DNA from: Laetmonice hystrix | Taxonomy: Eukaryota | Length of the DNA: 64,000 bases | Reading direction: 5' to 3' | Assembly (NCBI GenBank): GCA_965235115.1 | Contig: OZ249436.1 | Location: 2,358,001-2,422,000, forward strand | Shown here: positions 13,846 through 64,000 of the stretch, one piece after another | How positions within the stretch are numbered: the first letter of the stretch is position 1 | Layout: each line of letters starts with the position of its first letter | Position numbers and translations under genes: made by a program | Notes under the pieces: model-generated | Told to the model about the DNA's origin: nothing | What the model saw: only the letters and a program-made list of their open reading frames with translations | Databases searched by the model: none

Positions 13846-14621
13846 GGGAGCGTAAGTATGTCACGTCATAATGCGTGAATCGGCGAGAAATGCGGTTTGG
13901 AGGCCCAAACTGGCGCCAGCCAAATTCCGGTTCCGTTCATTTAGCATTGGGAGGCCCATTGAAAAAACGTCCTAACTGATAACTCCAAAATTACTGTTCT
14001 CTTTGCTATCAAACTGACTATACATCAGAACCAACATCTCTTATGTCAGAAAAAATACATTTCATACTTAAGAAATATTTAATTGTCAAAAGAAAGGCCG
14101 ATGTTTGAAGAGGTGTAGGCTCGCCCTATGTTAAACCAGTGGGGGATTGTGACGTAACGGAAGTGGCATGTCGCCAGCGGTCTGACCCAGTTAGACCGAA
14201 CCTCGTTTTCGGTCGCGAGACTTACGCTCCCTATAGGGAGCGTAAGTATGTCACGTCACAATGCGTGAATCGACGAGAAATGCGCTTTTGAGGCCCAAAC
14301 TGGCGCCAGCCAAATTCCGGTTCCGTTCATTTAGCATTGGGAGGCCCATTGAAAAAACGTTCTAACTGATAACTCCACAATTACTGTTCTCTTTGTTATC
14401 AAACTGACTATACATCAGAACCAACATCTCTTATGTTAGAAAAAATACACTTCATACTTAAGAAATATTTAATTGTCAAAAGAAAGGCCGATGTTTGGAG
14501 AGGTGTACGCTCACCCTATGTTAAACCAGTGGGGAATTGTGACGTAGCGGAAGTTGCATGTCGCCAGCGGTCTGACCTAGTTAGACCGAACCTCGTTTTC
14601 GGTCGCGAGACTTACGTTCCC
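13846..14621. mobile_element. head-to-tail dimer of a 386-bp MITE (13846-14231 and 14236-14621)
   Basis: 12-bp TIRs GGGAGCGTAAGT...ACTTACGCTCCC; TATA before, between and after the copies; no coding capacity. Confidence 0.85.
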
Positions 14622-15237
14622 TATAGCAGGAGTTGTGGAAGCGATTATTAATGTGATCGGTTGAGAATGGAGGGCAGCACATTAAATGTCGTCAGGTATA
14701 GCAGGAGTTGTGGAAGCGGTTATTAATGTGATCGGTTGAGAATGGAGGGCAGCACATTAAATGTCGTCAGGTATAGGAGGAGTTGTGGAAGTGATTATTA
14801 ATGTGATCAGTTGAGAATGGAGAGCAGCACATTAAATGTCGTCAGGTATAGGAGTTGTGAAAGCGATTATTAATGTGATCAGTTGAGAATGGAGAGCAGC
14901 ACATTAAATGTCATCAGGTATAGGAGGAGTTGTGGAAGCGATTATTAATGTGATCAGTTGAGAATGGAGGGCAGCACATTAAATGTCGTCAGGTATAGGA
15001 GGAGTTGTGGAAGCGGTTATTAATGTGATCAGTTGAGAATGGAGAGCAGCACATTAAATGTCATCAGGTATAGGAGGAGTTGTGGAAGCGATTATTAATG
15101 TGATCAGTGGAGAATGGAGGGCAGCACATTAAATGTCGTCAGGTATAGGAGGAGTTGTGGAAGCGATTATTAATGTGATCGGTTGAGAATGGAGGGCAGC
15201 ACATTAAATGTCGTCAGGTATAGGAGTTGTGGAAGCG
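14622..15237. repeat. 72-75-bp minisatellite, about 8 copies
   Basis: GTATAGGAGGAGTTGTGGAAGCG...ATGTCGTCAG; first unit begins near 13827 and is split by the MITE dimer. Confidence 0.93.
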
Positions 15238-16119
15238 AGTATTGTAAAGCCACACGCAGCGGGCCGATCTACCTTTTCTTTGCGCCCCCCCCTCAGCTGG
15301 CATTAATAACTTGGAATTATTAAAGGTTCTACCTAGTTCAGATATCGCTGGATAGTAACTGGATACTTATGTAGGCCTACATGTTCTCACAAAGGGCCGA
15401 AACCAGAGAATTTCCATTTTAACATTTTCATTTCGTTACCATAGTAACACAGAGCCGTGGCTTAATTGTGAATATTTCCATTTGTAAATAAAGCTGCAGG
15501 AGCATGAATGCCAGTGACTAACACTTAAGTAGGCCCATATCGATCATGAAGCTTTGCGTTCACCGTGGGTTTCCTTGAACGGGGGTGGAGTTTAGGGAGG
15601 TCTATCTGTCCTCAAGTCTTGAATTCAACCTAAGTAAGGAGCCGCGAGTAATATATTATATGCTATGTGGTCAGCTACTGCTTAGTGCCAGTAGAAACCC
15701 ATAACCGAGGTCATTGTCTTGCTCAAATCGGCTTAAACAGTAACTTAGAATATTGTTTGCAGTTGGCCGACTCGTTTAGTCTTAATTTTCATGCAGCAAT
15801 ATAGATATTTAAGTTTTCTGCAAAAGTTTTGTTTTTTTTTCTGAAAAGTCTAAAGTGTTATTCTTGAAGTTTTCATCTCTTTCACCATAACAGACAAAAG
15901 TAGAGTCACAGCTCAAGCTGTTCTTGCAAGGCACTTTGCTTATCTGTCAGAGATAGCCACAAATGGACAGAGATAGCCACAAATGGTCAGAGATAGCCAC
16001 AAATGGACAGAAACCCATTTGTTATCCACATCTTTTTCCAGGGTGACAAAAAACTCATTTCTGAGTACTAGTCAGTTAAACGGCGATTTCCGGTATCGCT
16101 AAAGTGAACCATCAGCAAT

Positions 16120-16873
16120 ATGCCACGTGATGAGAGGACAGCTTGCCGATAGGTACATAGTGTTAGATCTGCCACAATCTGCCACGTGTTGAGAGGACAG
16201 CTTGCCGATAGGTACAAGTGTTAGATCTGCCACAATGGCCGTGTTGAGAGGACAGCTTGCCGATAGGGACAAGTGTTAGATCTGCCACAATGGCCGTGTT
16301 GAGAGGACAGCTTGCCGATAGGGACAAGTGTTAGATCTGCCACAATGGCCGTGTTGAGAGGACAGCTTGCCGATAGGTACAAGTGTTAGATCTGCCACAA
16401 TGGCCGTGTTGAGAGGACAGCTTGCCGATAGGGACAAGTGTTAGATCTGCCACGATCTGCCACGTGTTGAGAGGACAGCTTGCCGATAGGTACAAGTGTT
16501 AGATCTGCCACAATGGCCGTGTTGAGAGGACAGCTTGCCGGTAGGGACAAGTGTTAGATCTGCCACGATCTGCCACGTGTTGAGAGGACAGCTTGCCGAT
16601 AGGTACAAGTGTTAGATCTGCCACAATGGCCGTGTTGAGAGGACAGCTTGCCGGTAGGGACAAGTGTTAGATCTGCCACGATCTGCCACGTGTTGAGAGG
16701 ACAGCTTGCCGATAGGAACCAGTGTTAGATCTGCCACAATGGCCGTGTTGAGAGGACAGCTTGCCGATAGGTACAAGTGTTAGATCTGCCACAATGGCCG
16801 TGTTGAGAGGACAGCTTGCCGATAGGTACAAGTGTTAGATCTGCCACAATCTGCCACATGATGAGAGGACAGC
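16120..16873. repeat. 55/59-bp minisatellite, about 13 copies
   Basis: GAGAGGACAGCTTGCCGATAGGTACAAGTGTTAGATCTGCCAC... Confidence 0.95.
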
Positions 16874-17812
16874 TTTGTATTCAGTACGGTGCTCCAACCC
16901 GACTAAACGTTCCTGAGACTTGTATTCAGTACGGTGCTCTAACCCGACTAAACGTTCCCCAGACTTGTATTCAGTACGGTACTCCAACCCGACTAAACGT
17001 TCCTCAGACTTGTATTCAGTACGGTACTCCAACCCGACTAAACGTTCCTCAGACTTGTATTCAGTACGGTACTCCAACCCGACTAAACGTTCCTCAGACT
17101 TGTATTCAGTACGGTGCTCCAACCCGACTAAACGTTCCCCAGACTTGTATTCAGTACGGTACTCCAACCCGACTAAACGTTCCTGAGACTTGTATTCAGT
17201 ACGGTGCTCTAACCCGACTAAACGTTCCTCAGACTTGTATTCAGTACGGTGCTCCAACCCGACTAAACGTTCCTGAGACTTGTATTCAGTACGGTACTCC
17301 AACCCGACTAAACGTTCCTGAGACTTGTATTCAGTACGGTACTCCAACCCGACTAAACGTTCCTGAGACTTGTATTCAGTACGGTACTCCCACCCGACTA
17401 AACGTTCCTCAGACTTGTATTCAGTACGGGGCTCCAACCCGACTAAACGTTCCTGAGACTTGTATTCAGTACGGTGCTCCAACCCGACTAAACGTTCCTG
17501 AGACTTGTATTCTGTACGGTGCTCTAACCCGACTAAACGTTCCTCAGACTTGTATTCAGTACGGTGCTCCAACCCGACTAAACGTTCCCCAGACTTGTAT
17601 TCAGTACGGTGCTCCAACCCGACTAAACGTTCCCCAGACTTGTATTCAGTACGGTGCTCTAACCCGACTAAACGTTCCTCAGACTTGTATTCAGTACGGT
17701 ACTCCAACCCGACTAAACGTTCCTCAGACTTGTATTCAGTACGGTGCTCCAACCCGACTAAACGTTCCCCAGACTTGTATTCAGTACGGTGCTCCAACCC
17801 GACTAAACGTTC
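16874..17812. repeat. 45-bp minisatellite, about 21 copies
   Basis: TTGTATTCAGTACGGTGCTCCAACCCGACTAAACGTTCCTCAGAC. Confidence 0.97.
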
Positions 17813-18363
17813 TGGTTCTGGTTGTTTTGATTTGTAAACGTTACTGATCTTACCCTCACCCCAGTCTACTCACCACCCCTGGTACCGACTACCCCAGTTC
17901 TAGTCGCCACCCGCAGCCAGCCCGCAGCCACCCGCAGCCAGCCCGCAGCCCAGTCACGTGATTTCATGCCGTTATGACGAGGAATACAATGCATGTCAGA
18001 ATAAGATCAAGAAAGCCCCGAGACGCATGATTTGTAGTTTCATCTTTTTTTCATTTTTATGGAGAAAGATCGTGTGCTGAAGTCTAGAATTCTCTATTAG
18101 ATGTTTTTAGCATTGTTTAGACTAACTGAAAGTTTTAGAGTAGAAGTTTCAGTGTGGCAGAGGTAGATTAGAGCAACAGTTTAATATGTAGCCTGCAGTG
18201 ACCAGACTCTCAATGGCAGAGGCAACAACAGAGCAGTAATTTATTAATTCTTGCAGCATGTCTGGCTACTTTCATGGAGATATGAAATATTCGGGGATAC
18301 CACGCGATGTGGGGGAGGGAGGGGTGGGGGGGGGGGCACATGCAGCCTCTAGACGCTTGGATT

Positions 18364-19602
18364 ACACAGCCCAGACAGAAGTACAGGTCGACCATTTGTC
18401 TGCGAGAAGTGGACACAGCCCAGACAGAAGTACAGGTCGACCATTTGTCTGCGAGAAGTGGACACAGCCCAGACAGAAGTACAGGTCGACCATTTGTCTG
18501 CGGGAAGTGGACACAGCCCAGACAGAAGTAGAGGTCGACCATTTGTCTGCGGGGGGGGGGGGGTGACACAGCCCAGACAGAAGTACAGGTCGACCATTTG
18601 TCTGCGGGGGGGGGGGTGGACACAGCCCAGACAGAAGTACAGGTCGACCATTTGTCTGCGGGGGGGGGGGTGGACACAGCCCAGACAGAAGTACAGGTCG
18701 ACCATTTGTCTGCGGGGGGGGGGTGGACACAGCCCAGACAGAAGTACAGGTCGACCATTTGTCTGCGGGGGGGGGGGGTGGACACAGCCCAGACAGAAGT
18801 ACAGGTCGACCATTTGTCTGCGGGGGGGGGGGGTGGACACAGCCCAGACAGAAGTACAGGTCGACCATTTGTCTGAGGGGGGGGGGTGGACACAGCCCAG
18901 ACAGAAGTACAGGTCGACCATTTGTCTGAGGGGGGGGGGTGGACACAGCCCAGACAGAAGTACAGGTCGACTATTTGTCTGAGGGGGGTGGACACAGCCC
19001 AGACAGAAGTACAGGTCGACCATTTGTCTGCGGGGGGGGGGGGGTGGACACAGCCCAGACAGAAGTACAGGTCGACCATTTGTCTGCGGGGGGGGGGGGA
19101 CACAGCCCAGACAGAAGTACAGGTCGACCATTTGTCTGCGGGGGGGGGGTGGACACAGCCCAGACAGAAGTACAGGTCGACCATTTGTCTGCGGGGGGGG
19201 GGTGGACACAGCCCAGACAGAAGTACAGGTCGACCATTTGTCTGCGGGGGGGGGGACACAGCCCAGACAGAAGTACAGGTCGACTATTTGTCTGAGGGGG
19301 GTGGACACAGCCCAGACAGAAGTACAGGTCGACCATTTGTCTGCGGGGGGGGGGGGGGACACAGCCCAGACAGAAGTACAGGTCGACCATTTGTCTGCGA
19401 GAAGTGGACACAGCCCAGACAGAAGTACAGGTCGACCATTTGTCTGCGAGAAGTGGACACAGCCCAGATAGAAGTAGAGGTCGACCATTTGTCTGCGAGA
19501 AGTGGACACAGCCCAGACAGAAGTACAGGTCGACCATTTGTCTGCGAGAAGTGGACACAGCCCAGACAGAAGTACAGGTCGACCATTTGTCTGCGGGAAG
19601 TG
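18364..19602. repeat. 50-55-bp minisatellite with a variable poly-G linker, about 24 copies
   Basis: GACACAGCCCAGACAGAAGTACAGGTCGACCATTTGTCTGCG followed by AGAAGTG or (G)nTG. Confidence 0.95.
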
Positions 19603-19834
19603 GAGGGTCTCACGGACCGATCCTGGTCTCACTGGAGGCAGGCCAGTGCCTGCACTCGGAGCCCGTCCCAGAATGACAATGAGTGTGGAAGGGTGTTGTC
19701 TTAGGGCAGCGTTCTCTATTACTATGACGACCGCTCACATGTAAAGACGGAGGTTGAACGTGAGTGGAATCCTAAGTAACCGCTGTCGGTCTGTGAGAGA
19801 AGATCGGGAAAGTTGTAGATCAGTACCCCCAACC

Positions 19835-21300
19835 TGACGGTCTGCCTGGGGGTATGGCGGCCTGTCAGAGAGTATGACGGTCTGCCTGAGAGTATGACGG
19901 TCTGCCTGAGAGTATGACGGTCTGCCTGGGGGTATAACGGTCTGTCAGAGAGTATGACGGTCTGCATGAGAGTATGACGGTCTGCCTAAGATTATGACGG
20001 TCTGCCTGAGAGTATGACGGTCTGCCTGAGAGTATGACGGTCTGCCTGAGAGTATGACGGTCTGCCTGAGAGTATGACGGTCTGCCTGAGAGTATGACGG
20101 TCTGTCAGAGAGTATGACGGTCTGCCTGAGAGTATGACGGTCTGCCTGGGGTATGACGGTCTGTCAGAGAGTATGACGGTCTGCCTGAGATTATGACGGT
20201 CTGCCTGGGGGTATGACGGTCTGCCTGAGAGTATGACCGTCTGCCTGGGAGTATGACGGTCTGCCTGAGAGTATGACGGTCTGCCTGAGAGTATAACGGT
20301 CGGCCTGAGAGTATGACGGTCTGCCTGAGAGTATAACGGTCGGCCTGAGAGTATGACGGTCTGCCTGAGATTATGACGGTCTGCCTGAGAGTATGACGGT
20401 CTGCCTGAGAGTATGACGGTCTGCCTGAGAGTATGACGGTCTGCCTGGGGGTATGACGGTCTGTCAGAGAGTATGACGGTCTGCCTGAGAGTATGACGGT
20501 CTGCCTAAGATTATGACGGTCTGCCTGAGAGTATGACGGTCTGCCTGGGATTATGACGGTCTGCCTGAGAGTATGACGGTCTGCCTGGGGGTATGACGGT
20601 CTGTCAGAGAGTATGACGGTCTGCCTGAGAGTATGACGGTCTGCCTAAGATTATGACGGTCTGCCTGAGAGTATGACGGTCTGCCTGAGAGTATGACGGT
20701 CTGCCTGGGATTATGACGGTCTGCCTGAGAGTATGACGGTCTGCCTGAGAGTATGACGGTCTGCCTGACAGTATGACGGTCTGCCTGGGGGTATGACGGT
20801 CTGTCAGAGAGTATGACGGTCTGCCTCATAGTATGACGGTCTGCCTCATAGTATGACGGTCTGTCAGAGAGTATGACGGTCTGCATGAGCATATGACGGT
20901 CTGTCTGAGAGTATAACGGTCGGCCTGGGGGTATGACGGTCTGTCAGAGAGTATGACGAGATTATGACGGTCTGCCTGAGAGTATGACGGTCTGCCTGAG
21001 AGTATGACGGTCTGCCTGAGAGTATGACGGTCTGCCTGAGAATATGACGGTCGGCCTGAGAGTATGACGGTCTGCCTGGGGGTATGACGGTCTGCCTGGG
21101 GGTATGACGGTCTGTCAGAGAGTATGACGAGATTATGACGGTCTGCCTGAGAGTATGACGGTCGGCCTGAGAGTATGACGGTCTGCCTGAAATTATGACG
21201 GTCTGCCTGAGAGTAGAGTCTATGACGGTCTGCCTGAGATTATGACGGTCTGCCTGAGAGTAGAGTCTATGACGGTCTGTCTGAGAGTATGACGGGCTGC
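19835..21300. repeat. 20-bp minisatellite, about 70 copies
   Basis: GAGTATGACGGTCTGCCTGA. Confidence 0.96.
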
Positions 21301-22320
21301 CACTCACCACAGTGTACCGTGGCCATTCCGCAATATTAGCATCAGTTTGTGACTGTTTGCCTTTTCAACCCAATCTCTCCTCTCCCTGACTATCCCTACA
21401 CAATGCACAGATGACTGTCAGTATGTCCACCAATATCTGCTGTTCTACCACAGCCAGACGTGATGCATGCAGAATGTCGTAGACGTCACAGAAGTAAATG
21501 CGGACTGTTCCTTCCTTTATAGTTTTTTTTTATGAAGAATTGATGTTCATTCTCCATCATGTGTGGTGGCGGCGACTCTGACTGGTATATCCTGACTCGA
21601 ACCTGACTGGGCTCCGAGGTAAAGGCCTCATCTGGCCGACAGTACCCCTAGTGACCCCTGTCGGATGGTTATGACAACACAGGACCCGTCAGTTACCGGC
21701 CATTATGAGACACATCACTCCTACATAGTGTAGATATTGCCTACTCGGGAAATCCAATCGTTGTACCTTTTTTATCGCTGGTGGTGGCAGCTAGCCGGGC
21801 CTGAATCCGTGAGCTGAAACATATTACAGCAGGACTCTGTGTGTGTGTGTATCCGAGGTTCGATACAGTCGCGAGATTCAGTCATTGTCGGCAAGTCTGA
21901 CAAGCCTGTCTGCATACCTACATATAATGCAGCTCTACCACTTACAAGACTTCCAGATGAAAATGATGTCTCAATAACGAAGTGTAGTTTGGTTTTCAGC
22001 CCACCCCCACCCCATCCCAACACGGCCTCTTCTACACTAGCATTGACAGTATGTTAATGTGTATACTTTCAGCCCTTCCGAACACAACCCCTTCTACACT
22101 AGCATTGACAGTATGTTTATGTGTATAATTTCAGCCCTCCCGAACACGGCCCTATCTACACTAGCATTGACAGTATGTTTATGTGTATAATTTCAGCCCT
22201 CCTGAACACAACCCTATCTACACTAGCATTGACAGTATGTTTATGTGTATAATTTCAGCCCTCCTGAACACAACCCTATCTACACTAGCATTGACAGTAT
22301 GTTTATGTGTATAATTTCAG

Positions 22321-63877
<41,557 letters not shown>

Positions 63878-64000
63878 GTAAGTATTTGATTCAGGCGGGT
63901 AATGTGTTGGCCGATTTATAATAAATGTCGTAGTCAAGATTTTACATGCATTCAGATACGCTTTTCAACCCCAAAAAAATACATTCAGAACTCTGCAAGG

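Noticed and set aside
18258..18310. Possible first exon MSGYFHGDMKYSGIPRD after a tgcag
   Set aside because: The donor (GTGGGG) is weak, the phase does not fit the 22321 acceptor, and there is no homology.
21540..21625. CCGAG|GTAAAG donor upstream of exon 22321
   Set aside because: All three frames meet stops shortly upstream and there is no acceptor.
1..22320. Expected N-terminal C2A and calmodulin-binding exons of unc-13
   Set aside because: I found no recognisable peptide in the unique stretches. They probably lie upstream of the window or are too divergent to see by eye.

Overview
This is eukaryotic (animal) genomic DNA, not prokaryotic. The peptide motifs look protostome-like, but the taxon is an inference. 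One multi-exon gene dominates the + strand: an unc-13/Munc13 synaptic vesicle priming factor. I traced about 30 GT-AG exons from 22321 to 63877 in one continuous reading frame (about 1150 aa): pre-C1 linker, C1, C2B, MUN and the first part of C2C. The last exons lie beyond the window, and I found no C2A or calmodulin-site exons. The ORF track misses most of this gene; its long ORFs are artefacts of tandem repeats. The main hidden structure is an alternative-splicing system: (1) a pair of paralogous, mutually exclusive 107-nt exons in the C1-C2B linker that flips net charge from about +4 to about -2; (2) a 9-nt VMK microexon with an upstream UGC motif; (3) a candidate alternative first exon in a CpG- and CRE-rich island; (4) a cassette exon in the MUN loop. 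About 28 kb (about 44%, hand estimate) is more than 30 unrelated minisatellite arrays, several of which copy real splice sites. Several MITEs are present, two of them inserted in the terminal unit of an array.
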